Of a stretch of 59,056 bases of DNA, positions 20,018 to 29,445 are shown piece by piece (within the stretch, counting starts at the first letter, position 1; the number at the start of each line of letters is the position of its first letter). Position numbers and translations under genes: made by a program. The stretch comes from an uncultured Clostridia bacterium (lineage in GTDB: Bacteria > Bacillota > Clostridia > Oscillospirales > Oscillospiraceae): assembly GCA_946184165.1 (NCBI GenBank), contig CAMHEN010000001.1:1-59056 (forward strand). Reading direction: 5' to 3'. The notes below the pieces were generated by a model. That model did no database searches. It was given only the letters and a program-made list of their open reading frames with translations, and had not been told where the DNA came from.

Positions 20018-20047
20018 TTGCAAACGCCATAGGCGCTGTAGTATAAT
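20018..20047 (+). promoter_or_regulatory. Sigma-A-type promoter for rpe-recR (TTGCAA-18-TATAAT)
   Basis: TTGCAA at 20018-20023 and TATAAT at 20042-20047, about 35 nt upstream of the rpe ATG. Confidence 0.55.
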
Positions 20048-20082
20048 ATCATGAAATTTTTCGGAGAGGCAGGCAGATCATC

Positions 20083-20748
20083 ATGATTAAGATCGCACCC
20101 TCTATCCTGTCGGCAGACTTTTGCCGACTTGGGGAGGAGGTCGCAGAGGTGAAAGCCTCCGGCGCGGATTATCTCCATGTCGATGTGATGGACGGCCTTT
20201 TTGTGCCGAACATTTCCATCGGTCTTCCGGTGGTGCAGTCGCTGCGCCGTTCGACCGATATGTTCCTCGACGTGCATCTTATGATTACCGAGCCCGTGCG
20301 CTATGCCGAGCGCTTCTGCAAAGCAGGGGCGGATCTCGTAAACTTCCATGTGGAGTCGGACACGGAGGAGAATACACTGAAGGCTGTTGAGATCGTAAGG
20401 GCCTGCGGAAAAAAGGTCGGCGTTACGCTCAAGCCCCATACCTCTGCGGAGGCTGTCTTGCCTTACCTCAGGCAGTGTGATCTTATACTTGTCATGACGG
20501 TGGAGCCGGGCTTCGGCGGTCAGCATTTTATGGCGGACCAGCTTCCGAAGATCCGGGAGATACGAAGGCTGATCGAAAAAACCAACCCCGCGTGCGAGCT
20601 TGAGGTGGACGGCGGAGTCGATGAGAATACGGCGCCGCTTTGTGCCGAAGCAGGTGCAAACGTCATGGTCGCCGGGAGCGCCGTTTTCGGCAGACCGGAC
20701 CGGTCGGCCGCCATACGGGCCATTCGTGAAAACTGTTTGAAAAAATGA
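20083..20748 (+). CDS. rpe: Ribulose-phosphate 3-epimerase
   Basis: KIAPSILSADF...HVDVMDG.FVPN...LDVHLM...MTVEPGFGGQ.F...VDGG motifs. Confidence 0.92.
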   Translation: MIKIAPSILSADFCRLGEEVAEVKASGADYLHVDVMDGLFVPNISIGLPVVQSLRRSTDMFLDVHLMITEPVRYAERFCKAGADLVNFHVESDTEENTLKAVEIVRACGKKVGVTLKPHTSAEAVLPYLRQCDLILVMTVEPGFGGQHFMADQLPKIREIRRLIEKTNPACELEVDGGVDENTAPLCAEAGANVMVAGSAVFGRPDRSAAIRAIRENCLKK

Positions 20749-20758
20749 GGATAGAGTT

Positions 20759-21358
20759 ATGACTTTCTTCCCCGCCTCCCTGGAGAATCTTGTAGACCGT
20801 TTTGCCTCTTTGCCCGGTATCGGCAGAAAGAGCGCGCAGAGACTCGCATTCCATGTTCTGTCTCTGCCCGATGCGGAGGCCAGGGCCTTTGCAGACGCGA
20901 TCCTGGACGCGAAGAGCAGTGTGCACTGCTGCCGCATCTGCCAGAACCTGACGGAGGGAGAGATCTGCTCCGTCTGCGCAAGCGACGCCCGGGACAAGAG
21001 CACCATCTGCGTGGTATCTGAGCCCCGGGATGTGGCAAGCATCGAACGCGGCCATGAGTATAACGGCACGTACCACGTGCTGCACGGCGTTCTCAGCCCC
21101 ATGGGACACGTCGGACCGGACGATATCCGCATCAAGGAGCTGCTGGTGCGAGTCGCGGACAGCGAGGTGGAGGAGGTCATAATGGCCACGAACCCCGACA
21201 CGGAAGGGGAAGCCACTGCCATGTACATCTCGCGCCTTTTAAAACCTTTCGGTGTGAAGACCACACGCCTTGCCTACGGCATTCCCGTGGGCTCAAATCT
21301 GGAGTTTACCGATGACGCGACACTGAACCGGGCTATTGAAGGGCGCACCGAGATCTGA
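20759..21358 (+). CDS. recR: Recombination protein RecR
   Basis: LPGIGRKSAQRLAFH helix-hairpin-helix, a C4 zinc finger (CRICQNL...CSVC) and a Toprim region (ICVVSEPRDV, EVIMATNPDTEGEATA). Confidence 0.93.
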   Translation: MTFFPASLENLVDRFASLPGIGRKSAQRLAFHVLSLPDAEARAFADAILDAKSSVHCCRICQNLTEGEICSVCASDARDKSTICVVSEPRDVASIERGHEYNGTYHVLHGVLSPMGHVGPDDIRIKELLVRVADSEVEEVIMATNPDTEGEATAMYISRLLKPFGVKTTRLAYGIPVGSNLEFTDDATLNRAIEGRTEI

Positions 21359-21433
21359 ATATTCTATTTTTCTCATGGCTATACTATTTCCAAATAGTAC
21401 ATACTTTACTTTTTATATTTGAATGGAGTAAAA

Positions 21434-23092
21434 ATGATTTCTAAACTGAAAATAATCCCTTTGGGCGGATTAGGCGAGATCGGCAAAAACATGTATGCCT
21501 ATGAGTTCGGAAATGACATCATCGTGGTCGACTGCGGGATGGGCTTTCCGGACGAGGACATGTACGGCATCGACAGCGTCTTTCCCGATATTTCCTATCT
21601 GCGTGCCAACAGGGAGAAGCTGCGCGGCATCATCCTTACCCACGGGCATGAGGACCATATTGGCGCGATCCCCTACATCCTGCGCGATCTGGATATTCCG
21701 ATCTACACCCTGCCGCTGACTGCCGCCCTGATCGAGCTGAAGCTCGAGGAGCATGATCTGCTCACCAATACGCAGATCTTTACAAAAAAGACCGGCACGA
21801 GCTTCCGGCTGGGCTGCTTTACGGTGGAGTTTATCCACGTGAACCACTCCATCCCGGATTCGGCCGCTCTCGCCATCACGACACCCATCGGCACGGTGAT
21901 CCATACCGGCGACTATAAGATCGACGTGACGCCCATCGCGGGGAACATGATCGACCTTGTCCGTTTCGGCCAGCTCGGCAATGAAGGCGTTCTCGCCCTG
22001 ATGGGGGAGTCCACCAATGTGGAGGTGCGGGGACACTCCGACTCCGAGAGCAAGGTGGGGGAGAGCTTTGATAAGCTCTTTATGGGCTGTGACAAGCGCA
22101 TCATCATCACCACTTTTGCCTCCAATGTCCACCGCCTGCAGCAGATCATCAACGTCGCGGCGAAGTATCACCGCAAGGTCGGCATCACGGGCCGCAGCAT
22201 GGAGAATGTCCTGAACGTGGCAAACGTACTGGGATACATGGATATCCCCGAGAACGTCATGGTGGACATTGAGAAGATCAACAAGCTGCCCCGGAGCCAG
22301 ACTGTCATTATCTCCACCGGCAGCCAGGGCGAGGCGATGTCCGCCCTCTATCGCATGGCCTTTTCCGAGCATAAGCAGATCCAGGTGGATGCGGGCGACC
22401 GGGTTATCATCTCGGCCTCTGCCATCCCCGGCAATGAGACCACTATCAGCCGCGTTATCGACGAGCTTTTCCACAAGGGCGCGGAAGTCATCTATGACCG
22501 TCACACGGACCTCCATGTCACAGGGCATGCCTGCCAGGAGGAGCTCAAGATGATGCTGGCGCTTACAAAACCGAAGTTCTTTGTCCCCATCCATGGGGAG
22601 CACAGAATGCTTGTCAAGCATGCTGAGCTTGCAAAGAAAATGGGTGTTGCACCGAAGAATGTGGTCATCGCGGAAAACGGCAGCGTGATCGAGATCACGA
22701 AAAAGAGCATCAAATGCGAGGCGAGCGTTCCCGCCGGTGCTGTCCTGGTGGACGGCAGCGGCGTGGGGGAGGTCGGCAGTGTTGTTCTGCGCGACCGGCA
22801 CAAGCTCGCGGATGACGGGATGGTCGTCGTGGTCCTGCCGTACTCCAGCTACGACCACCGGCTTCTCTCCGAGCCGCAGATCATCACCCGCGGCTTCATC
22901 TATGTGAAAGAGGCCGAGGAGCTGATGGAGGAGCTTAAGCGCGTCGCGATCGAGTCCGCGGAGGCCTGCGCCGCCCAGCACATCAACGACTGGACCGCCA
23001 TCAAGAGCAAGGTGAAAAACAACATCTCCGGCTACCTCTACAAGTCCACCCGCCGAAGCCCCATGATCCTGCCTGTCATCACGGAGATCTGA
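21434..23092 (+). CDS. rnj: Ribonuclease J
   Basis: KIIPLGGLGEIGKNMY, the metallo-beta-lactamase motif THGHEDHIG and a beta-CASP region. The track ORF begins at TTG 21419; ATG 21434 has a GGAG SD. Confidence 0.92.
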   Translation: MISKLKIIPLGGLGEIGKNMYAYEFGNDIIVVDCGMGFPDEDMYGIDSVFPDISYLRANREKLRGIILTHGHEDHIGAIPYILRDLDIPIYTLPLTAALIELKLEEHDLLTNTQIFTKKTGTSFRLGCFTVEFIHVNHSIPDSAALAITTPIGTVIHTGDYKIDVTPIAGNMIDLVRFGQLGNEGVLALMGESTNVEVRGHSDSESKVGESFDKLFMGCDKRIIITTFASNVHRLQQIINVAAKYHRKVGITGRSMENVLNVANVLGYMDIPENVMVDIEKINKLPRSQTVIISTGSQGEAMSALYRMAFSEHKQIQVDAGDRVIISASAIPGNETTISRVIDELFHKGAEVIYDRHTDLHVTGHACQEELKMMLALTKPKFFVPIHGEHRMLVKHAELAKKMGVAPKNVVIAENGSVIEITKKSIKCEASVPAGAVLVDGSGVGEVGSVVLRDRHKLADDGMVVVVLPYSSYDHRLLSEPQIITRGFIYVKEAEELMEELKRVAIESAEACAAQHINDWTAIKSKVKNNISGYLYKSTRRSPMILPVITEI

Positions 23093-23155
23093 GCAAAAAA
23101 CACGTGCATCGAATTCCTCTGAATCTGAGTGAATTTGATACACGTGTTTTTATGC

Positions 23156-24055
23156 TTACGCGTTTCGTATCGCCTCCATGATCCGTACCATGAGGGCTGT
23201 GCGGGAGAAGGGGGTCACAAGAAAATAGCCGTCCACAAAAGGCTCCATACGTTTGGCCATATTGCAGGAGAGCTCCAACGCGACAGCTTCTCCGCGTTCC
23301 CGGTCGGCCCCCTCGTAGAGGGCGACGGTCTTTTCGTCCACGCGGATGCCCGCAACCTGCCGGTCCAGGTAGAGTGCGTTTCTGTGACTCACGATGGGCA
23401 TGATCCCGCCGAGGAGCCTGCCGCCCAGCGTCTCTCTCGCAAAGCGGAGATTCTCCAGCGCCTTCTCAGTGAAGACGGGCTGGGTCAGAAAGCCGACGGC
23501 GCCGTTTTCTTCTTTTTCTTTTGCGAGCCGAAGCTGTATGGGAAAGTTATGCGCGTTCACGTTCAAAGCTGCGAAGATCCGAAAAGGCGCGGGCAGGACA
23601 GACTTGTTCAGTCTGTCTGCAAAGGCGATGAGAGTGCGGGAATTGAAGTTGTAAACACTCTTGACACTCTCCCGGTTCGACGCAGGGATCGGGTCTCCGG
23701 TAACAAGAAGAATGTTTTCGATGTTCTCGGCGCAAAGACCCATCATCAGCGCCTGCGCTGCGATCTGATTCCGGTCCCGACAGGCGAGATGCGGCATGAC
23801 GTCGATCCCGAGCTCACGTTTTAACTTGCAGGCGGTCATGCATGAATCCATGCGGGCCTGACCGAGAGGGGAATCAGGCACCGTGATCAGGTCTGCGCCG
23901 CCGTCGCGCAGTTCCCGGGCGCCTGCCATGAAGCGGGAGATATTCCCGTTCACGGGGGAGTCCAGCTCCACCGCGAAGGGGCGCTGCCCGGGATCACAGA
24001 GCGCGTCCCAGAAGGCGTTTTTTCTTGTATCCATCGTGTGTTCCCTCTCCGTCAT
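23156..24055 (-). CDS. metF: Methylenetetrahydrofolate reductase (MetF-like)
   Basis: FAVELDSP...MPHLACRDRN...NILLVTGDP pattern of the MTHFR family. The ATG overlaps the metH stop (ATGA). Confidence 0.8.
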   Translation of the reverse strand: MTEREHTMDTRKNAFWDALCDPGQRPFAVELDSPVNGNISRFMAGARELRDGGADLITVPDSPLGQARMDSCMTACKLKRELGIDVMPHLACRDRNQIAAQALMMGLCAENIENILLVTGDPIPASNRESVKSVYNFNSRTLIAFADRLNKSVLPAPFRIFAALNVNAHNFPIQLRLAKEKEENGAVGFLTQPVFTEKALENLRFARETLGGRLLGGIMPIVSHRNALYLDRQVAGIRVDEKTVALYEGADRERGEAVALELSCNMAKRMEPFVDGYFLVTPFSRTALMVRIMEAIRNA

Positions 24056-26403
24056 CCAAGCACCTGTTTTGCAATGTCTGCACTCTGTTTGGCGTCTTTG
24101 GCGTAGAAATCTGCACCGATCTCATCTGCATATTCCGGCGTCAGCACTGCGCCGCCCACCATGATTTTGCAGCTGTGGCCGCTCTGCCTCAGCTGTGCGA
24201 TGGTTTCCGCCATGCTGGGGACCGTGGTCGTCATCAGTGCCGAAAGACCGACGAGGTGCACATTCTCCCGCACGGCGGTCTCCACAATGCGCTTCGGCGG
24301 AACATCCCTGCCCAGATCCAGTACCGTATAACCGTAGTTTTCCAACACGACCTTCACGATGTTTTTTCCGATGTCGTGGATATCCCCCTGTACGGTGGCG
24401 AGGAGGATCTTGCCGCGAGAGAGGGTCTGGCCGCCACGGCACGCGATGCGTTTTTTTATAAGCTCGAAGCCCACACAGGCGGCGTTCGCGGCCTTGATGA
24501 GCTGCGGGAGGAAGAGCTCCTGCCTCTCATACCGATCGCCGACCTCATCCAAGGCGGGGATGAGGAGCCTCTCGATCACGGCGAGCTCGTCCATCTCCCG
24601 CAGGGCCTCCTCCGTCAGGAGCGCGGTTTCTCTTCCGAGACCGCGCAGGATGGCCTCTTGAATGGACAGGCGGCGGTCTGTTTTCGAGAGAGACTGTCCC
24701 GGCGTCTTTGCCCGGGAGAAGCGGCGGATATAGTCTTCACAATCGCCGTCCTGCCCTGAGAGAGCCCGGAAAGCCGCCACTGCGTCCATCATGGTGCTCT
24801 GGTTGGGATTGATGATCGGAATGTCCAGTCCGGCATAGAGGGCCTGGCTCAGAAAGCTCGCGGAGATGATCTCCCGGGCGGGCAGCCCGAAGGAGATATT
24901 GCTGACGCCGAGGGTGGTGTGAAGTCCAAGCGTCTCTTTCACCATCTGTACGGCCTTCAGGGTCTCCATAGCCTGTTCCTGCTGGGCTGAGACCGTAAGT
25001 GTCAGACAGTCGATATAGACGTCCTGCTGCGGAATCCCGTAAGATTCCGCAGCCCTGAGAATTCTCTCTGCAATCTCGACGCGGCCCGCGGCAGTCCGGG
25101 GGATGCCGTTTTCATCCATGCAGAGGCCGACTACGGCGGCTCCGTATTTCTTGCATAGGGGCAGCACCGCTTCCAGAACCTCCTGCCGCCCGTTCACAGA
25201 GTTAACGATGGCCTTGCCGTTATAGACACGAAGCCCCACCTCGATCGCCGCGGGATCGGATGAATCAATCTGCAGGGGGAGGTCTACCGCTGCCTGCAGC
25301 GCCTTCACGGTCTCCCGCATGAGGACAACCTCATCCACGCCGGGAAGCCCCACGTTTACATCGAGGATCTCCGCGCCCGCGTCCTGCTGCTCAATGCCCT
25401 GGCGGACGATGTAATGGAAATCGCGCTCCCGCAAAGCCTGTTGAAAGCGCTTCTTGCCCGTGGGGTTTATGCGCTCGCCCACCACGCGCACACCGCTCAT
25501 CTCAGCCGTACCCACTGCGCAGCAGACGCCATGGCGGCGTACTGCTTTTTGTGCCGCGGGCTCTGCGCACTCCAGCGTCTCACATAGAGTGCGGATGAAA
25601 TCCGGCGTCGTCCCGCAGCAGCCGCCCAGGGCAAAGACGCCCAAGGGGAGGGCTTTTCTCAGCTCGGCGGCGAATTCTGCGGGCGTGATGCGGTATTCCC
25701 CGGTGGCGGGGTCGGGAAGTCCGGCGTTTGGCTTCAGGATCAACGGAAGGTCCGTCCATTCCCGAAGCTCCTCCGCCATGGGCAGCAGCTCCTTCGGGCC
25801 GAGACTGCAGTTGAAGCCCAGGGCGTCGACTCCAAGTCCCGTGAGCGTGAGAGCCATGGCGGGCACCGTCACGCCGAGAAAGCTGCGGCCGTTCGCTTCA
25901 AAGGTCATGGTCGTCCAAACGGGGAGCTTCGTGTTTTCCTTTGCGGCCAGCACGGCGGCCTTGACCTCATAGAGATCGCTCATCGTCTCGAAGACAACGA
26001 GATCCGCGCCAGCCTCCTCTCCGGCTGTGACCATCTCGCGGAAGATATCGTAAGCCTCCTCAAAGCCGAGATCTCCGAGGGGCTCCAAAAGCTGCCCGAT
26101 GGGCCCGATATCGAGGGCAATCTTTACACTCTGCGTGCCTGCTGCCTCTCGCGCACACCGTACAGCGCCTCGGATAAGCTCTGCCGGGGTGTAGCCGCAA
26201 CCCGCGGCTTTGCGACGGTTGGCGCCGAAGGTGTTGGTATAGAGGACACGGCTGCCTGCCTCCAGGTAGCGCCTGTGGATTTCCGCCACGCGCTCCGGGT
26301 GCGTGATGTTCCAGGTCTCGGGCAGCTCCTCGGTTTTCAGACCCGCCGCCTGAAGCATGGTGCCCATGGCACCGTCGAGAATGAGAATGTCAGAGTTTTC
26401 CAC
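24052..26403 (-). CDS. metH: Methionine synthase core (homocysteine S-methyltransferase + pterin-binding + B12-binding domains; no activation domain)
   Basis: Hcy domain (ILDGAMGT, GGCCGTTP), a pterin-binding domain, and the cobalamin motif GDIHDIGKN (DxHxxG) with a downstream SALMTTT. 783 aa, shorter than the roughly 1200-aa full-length MetH. Confidence 0.88.
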   Translation of the reverse strand: MENSDILILDGAMGTMLQAAGLKTEELPETWNITHPERVAEIHRRYLEAGSRVLYTNTFGANRRKAAGCGYTPAELIRGAVRCAREAAGTQSVKIALDIGPIGQLLEPLGDLGFEEAYDIFREMVTAGEEAGADLVVFETMSDLYEVKAAVLAAKENTKLPVWTTMTFEANGRSFLGVTVPAMALTLTGLGVDALGFNCSLGPKELLPMAEELREWTDLPLILKPNAGLPDPATGEYRITPAEFAAELRKALPLGVFALGGCCGTTPDFIRTLCETLECAEPAAQKAVRRHGVCCAVGTAEMSGVRVVGERINPTGKKRFQQALRERDFHYIVRQGIEQQDAGAEILDVNVGLPGVDEVVLMRETVKALQAAVDLPLQIDSSDPAAIEVGLRVYNGKAIVNSVNGRQEVLEAVLPLCKKYGAAVVGLCMDENGIPRTAAGRVEIAERILRAAESYGIPQQDVYIDCLTLTVSAQQEQAMETLKAVQMVKETLGLHTTLGVSNISFGLPAREIISASFLSQALYAGLDIPIINPNQSTMMDAVAAFRALSGQDGDCEDYIRRFSRAKTPGQSLSKTDRRLSIQEAILRGLGRETALLTEEALREMDELAVIERLLIPALDEVGDRYERQELFLPQLIKAANAACVGFELIKKRIACRGGQTLSRGKILLATVQGDIHDIGKNIVKVVLENYGYTVLDLGRDVPPKRIVETAVRENVHLVGLSALMTTTVPSMAETIAQLRQSGHSCKIMVGGAVLTPEYADEIGADFYAKDAKQSADIAKQVLG

Positions 26404-27085
26404 AGGTTTTTCCTTCTTTCCTATACGCGCAGGTAAAGCGCCCGGAACAGCTTTCGCAGCCGCTCTGCCGATATTTGTGCGGTGTGTCCGATACGCCGAT
26501 CAGAGCTGTGACGCTCTTCTGCGGGATCATGAGATCGCTCTCGGTGAGGTTCACCCCGATACGGCGCGACACATCCAGAAGCCGAAAGATGACCCGCTGG
26601 TCTGTGAGCGGATAATCTCCATAGCCGGGGCTGAAGCGCTCTGTCAAATAGCGGGGGGCGAGTTTTTCTGCAAGCTCTCTGCAGAAGGTATCGCACACGG
26701 TTTCGATGGCGGCGCTCCCGGCGGCATCCAAAATGATCGCGTCTGCCATATTGCGCACCTGCGCTCGGCGGATGAGATTTTCCGCCTCCACGCCGAGGGT
26801 CGCGGCGAGCAGGACGACCTGTTCACAGCCTGAGAGAAAGATCCCAACGTCAGTCCCGCCGGGGACATAGTCCGTGCCGGAGAATCGCCCGTCCGCCTCG
26901 AGGGTAAAGAGCCGCCAGACAAGCCGGGGCTGGGCTGTTTCCAGGATCATCGCCTCACAGCGGTCAAGATCTTTTTCCAGCTCCTCAGTCAGGGGCGTAC
27001 CGTGCCAGGCGAGATAGTGCAGAGTCTCCGCCCGCGGGATGTTATCCAGCTTCGCGTCCACAGCGCCGCCCCCTTTTTTCCTCAT
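26390..27085 (-). CDS. Stand-alone methionine synthase activation (reactivation/SAM-binding) domain protein
   Basis: ...ETLHYLAWHG...RFSPGYGDYPLTDQ...IPQKSVTALIG resembles the Met_synt_B12 domain. The probable true start is GTG 27061 behind AAAGGGGG. Confidence 0.7.
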   Translation of the reverse strand: MRKKGGGAVDAKLDNIPRAETLHYLAWHGTPLTEELEKDLDRCEAMILETAQPRLVWRLFTLEADGRFSGTDYVPGGTDVGIFLSGCEQVVLLAATLGVEAENLIRRAQVRNMADAIILDAAGSAAIETVCDTFCRELAEKLAPRYLTERFSPGYGDYPLTDQRVIFRLLDVSRRIGVNLTESDLMIPQKSVTALIGVSDTPHKYRQSGCESCSGRFTCAYRKEGKTCGKL

Positions 27086-27093
27086 GATAGCCT

Positions 27094-27122
27094 ATTATAA
27101 AAAATGCCGTGGGACTTGTCAA
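27094..27122 (-). promoter_or_regulatory. Sigma-A-type promoter of the split metH operon (TTGACA-17-TATAAT on minus strand)
   Basis: Plus-strand tgtcaa at 27117-27122 and attata at 27094-27099. Confidence 0.55.
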
Positions 27123-27127
27123 TCAAG

Positions 27128-27158
27128 GAAAACCGCCCTCAGAAGAGGGCGGCTTTCC
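27128..27158 (-). terminator. Rho-independent terminator of the TRAP-cupin operon
   Basis: CCGCCCTC-AGAA-GAGGGCGG stem with a T-run on the minus strand. Confidence 0.75.
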
Positions 27159-27162
27159 TTGT

Positions 27163-27492
27163 TCAGGCTTTGATAAAATCCTCGCGCATGGGAGTAAAGA
27201 TGTCGAGGAGCTTTGTATCCTCTAAGATCTGCACGCCGTGGACCACGTTCGGGGCCACATAATAGGTGTCGCCGGTCTCAAGGATCCTGTCCTCACAGCC
27301 CTCCTCCTGGTACACGAGCTTCCCGGATATAATGTAGCCGATCTGTTCGTGGGGGTGGGAGTGCTTTGCCCCAAAGGAGCCCTTTTCAAAGTGGAGCTCC
27401 ACGGTCATAAGGTTCCTGCTGTAGGAGAGAATCTTGCGTGTCACGCCGCCGCCGAGATCGGTGGGGGCGATGTTCTTGTTTTCTGTAACCAT
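27163..27492 (-). CDS. Cupin domain protein
   Basis: 109 aa with the cupin motif G.KHSHPHEQIGYIISG...GDTYYVAPNVVHG. Confidence 0.8.
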   Translation of the reverse strand: MVTENKNIAPTDLGGGVTRKILSYSRNLMTVELHFEKGSFGAKHSHPHEQIGYIISGKLVYQEEGCEDRILETGDTYYVAPNVVHGVQILEDTKLLDIFTPMREDFIKA

Positions 27493-27496
27493 GGCA

Positions 27497-28798
27497 TTAC
27501 GAGAGGGAGCCGGTGATCTTCGGGAGCCACAGGCTGATATCCGGAATGAAGGAGATGAGAAGCAGGGCGATGATCATGCAGATATAGAAGGGGAGCGTCG
27601 CCTTGACGACCTTCTCCATGGGACGTTTTGCGACCGCGGAGCCGATGAAGAGCACCGCGCCCACAGGGGGCGTCAGAAGGCCGATGCCGCAGTTGAGGAC
27701 CATCATGATGCCGAACTGTACCGGGTGCAGACCAACGCTCATCGCCACGGGCAGGAGGATGGGCGTCGCGATAAGGATAATCGGAGCCATGTCCATGATC
27801 ATGCCGAGAACAAGCAGAATCACGTTCAGCAGGATAATGATGACGATGCGGTTGGAGGAGAGCGTAGTGATAAAGGTCGCGGCCTTTGCGGGCACGTGCA
27901 GGGTGGTCAGGCAGTAGCCGAATGCGCCGGAGAGGGAGATGAGGATCAGTACGATGGCGAGTGTGTCGATGCACTGCTCGAGGCTTTTCCAGACGCCCTT
28001 CCAGTCAAGGCCCTTATAGATGTACACGGAGACGATGAGGGAGTAGATAACTGCGATGGCGGCGGATTCGGTGGCGGTAAAGACGCCGCCCACAACGCCG
28101 ACCACGACGATCAGCACAGCCAGAAGCGCCCAGATGGATTTGCCGATCTGCTTGCCGAAGTCGATGATAGAGAAGGGTTTGCCCTTGGGATAATTACGCT
28201 TGACGGAAATGATATAAGAACCGATCATCAGCGCCGCAGCCAACAGAGCGCCGGGCAAGTAGCCCGCCATGAAGAGCGCACCCACAGATACGCCGCCCGC
28301 GGTGGTGGCATAAATGACCATATTGTGGCTCGGCGGGACCAGAAGCCCCTCGCAGGAAGAGGTGATGGTGACGGCTGTGGAGAAATCGGCGTCATAGCCC
28401 TCATCCACCATCATGGGGATCAGGATGGAGCCCAACGATGCCGTATCGGCCGAGGCCGAGCCCGAGATGCCGCCGAAAAAGTAGGAGGCTACAATGTTCA
28501 CCATCGCAAGTCCGCCTCGCATCCAGCCGACTAACGAGTTTGCCAATGCGATCAGCTTATCGGAGATGCCGCCGGTGCCCATCAGAACGCCCATGGTGAT
28601 GAAGAACGGGACCGCCATCAGTGAGAAGGACCAGACGCCCTTCACCATCTGCATCGGCAGAACGGTCAAATTCTTGCCCATGCTCACAAGGCACAATGCC
28701 GTGGAGATGCCAACGGAGTAGGCGATGGGAAAGCGCATGAAGATCATCACCAGAAAGCTGCCCAGCAGGATCAGAGTAGATAAATTTTCGCCGCTCAT
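27497..28798 (-). CDS. TRAP transporter large permease (DctM family)
   Basis: 433 aa, about 12 TM segments, a typical DctM N-terminus (LILLGSFLVMIFMRFPIAYSVGIS), and genomic pairing with DctQ and DctP. Confidence 0.88.
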   Translation of the reverse strand: MSGENLSTLILLGSFLVMIFMRFPIAYSVGISTALCLVSMGKNLTVLPMQMVKGVWSFSLMAVPFFITMGVLMGTGGISDKLIALANSLVGWMRGGLAMVNIVASYFFGGISGSASADTASLGSILIPMMVDEGYDADFSTAVTITSSCEGLLVPPSHNMVIYATTAGGVSVGALFMAGYLPGALLAAALMIGSYIISVKRNYPKGKPFSIIDFGKQIGKSIWALLAVLIVVVGVVGGVFTATESAAIAVIYSLIVSVYIYKGLDWKGVWKSLEQCIDTLAIVLILISLSGAFGYCLTTLHVPAKAATFITTLSSNRIVIIILLNVILLVLGMIMDMAPIILIATPILLPVAMSVGLHPVQFGIMMVLNCGIGLLTPPVGAVLFIGSAVAKRPMEKVVKATLPFYICMIIALLLISFIPDISLWLPKITGSLS

Positions 28799-29340
28799 TA
28801 CGCCCGAGCCTCCTTTCCGTCTTTTTTATAGAACTCCTCGATATGCAGGAACACCTGCTCCAGCTCGAAGATGATCATGCCGATCCCAGCCACCGGCACG
28901 GGCAGATACATCCACACCTGGCTCAGCTTGGGGAGAGAGGAGTACTTGGCAAACTTGGCGATATTGCCGGTGGGTTTAATGACCTCATAGCCGTATTTTA
29001 CCAGCACGATGCCGAGAATCAGCACGGCAAGGTCTGCCAGAAGGTCCAGACAGATGATCGCCTTTTTGGGCAGATACTGGTCGAAGGCTGTCATACGGAT
29101 GTGGGAGCGCTTGCGGATGGCGAGCGTCGCTGAGAGCACTGCCATGTACACCATCAGTGTCAGCACCATCTCCTCACCCCAGTGAGGCGCAGTGAAGAAC
29201 GGAAAATAGCGGCCTGCCACTGTGACCGACGTGATGATGATATCCGAAATGAGCAGCAGCTTGCAGATAAAGAGCATGATTTTATAGGCCCAGTCGTAGA
29301 CCGGCTTGATTTTTTCCAGGGTCCGGAAAAAAGCGGGCAT
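28798..29340 (-). CDS. TRAP transporter small permease (DctQ family)
   Basis: 4 TM segments. ATG 29340 lies behind AAAGGGG; the track ORF starts at TTG 29346. Confidence 0.8.
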   Translation of the reverse strand: MPAFFRTLEKIKPVYDWAYKIMLFICKLLLISDIIITSVTVAGRYFPFFTAPHWGEEMVLTLMVYMAVLSATLAIRKRSHIRMTAFDQYLPKKAIICLDLLADLAVLILGIVLVKYGYEVIKPTGNIAKFAKYSSLPKLSQVWMYLPVPVAGIGMIIFELEQVFLHIEEFYKKDGKEARA

Positions 29341-29445
29341 ACACAAACCCCTTTCTTAACGTGATCTTAGCAGAAGAAAAAGCGGGACGCAGGGGGTTGA
29401 CCCCTGCGCCCCCGATGGGTTACCAATTTGGGCTCTTGTCAGACT

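Noticed and set aside
19583-20082. SRP RNA or tRNA in the radC-rpe spacer. B. subtilis has scr upstream of dnaX-recR, and a GGTTCGA string occurs at about 19633
   Set aside because: The conserved SRP domain IV sequence (..AGGUCCGGAAGGAAGCAGC..) is absent on both strands. The GGTTCGA string is not embedded in a cloverleaf-compatible context.
27086-27162. A SAM or B12 riboswitch upstream of the split metH operon
   Set aside because: The 77-bp spacer is fully accounted for by a terminator and a promoter, so it is too short for any known riboswitch.
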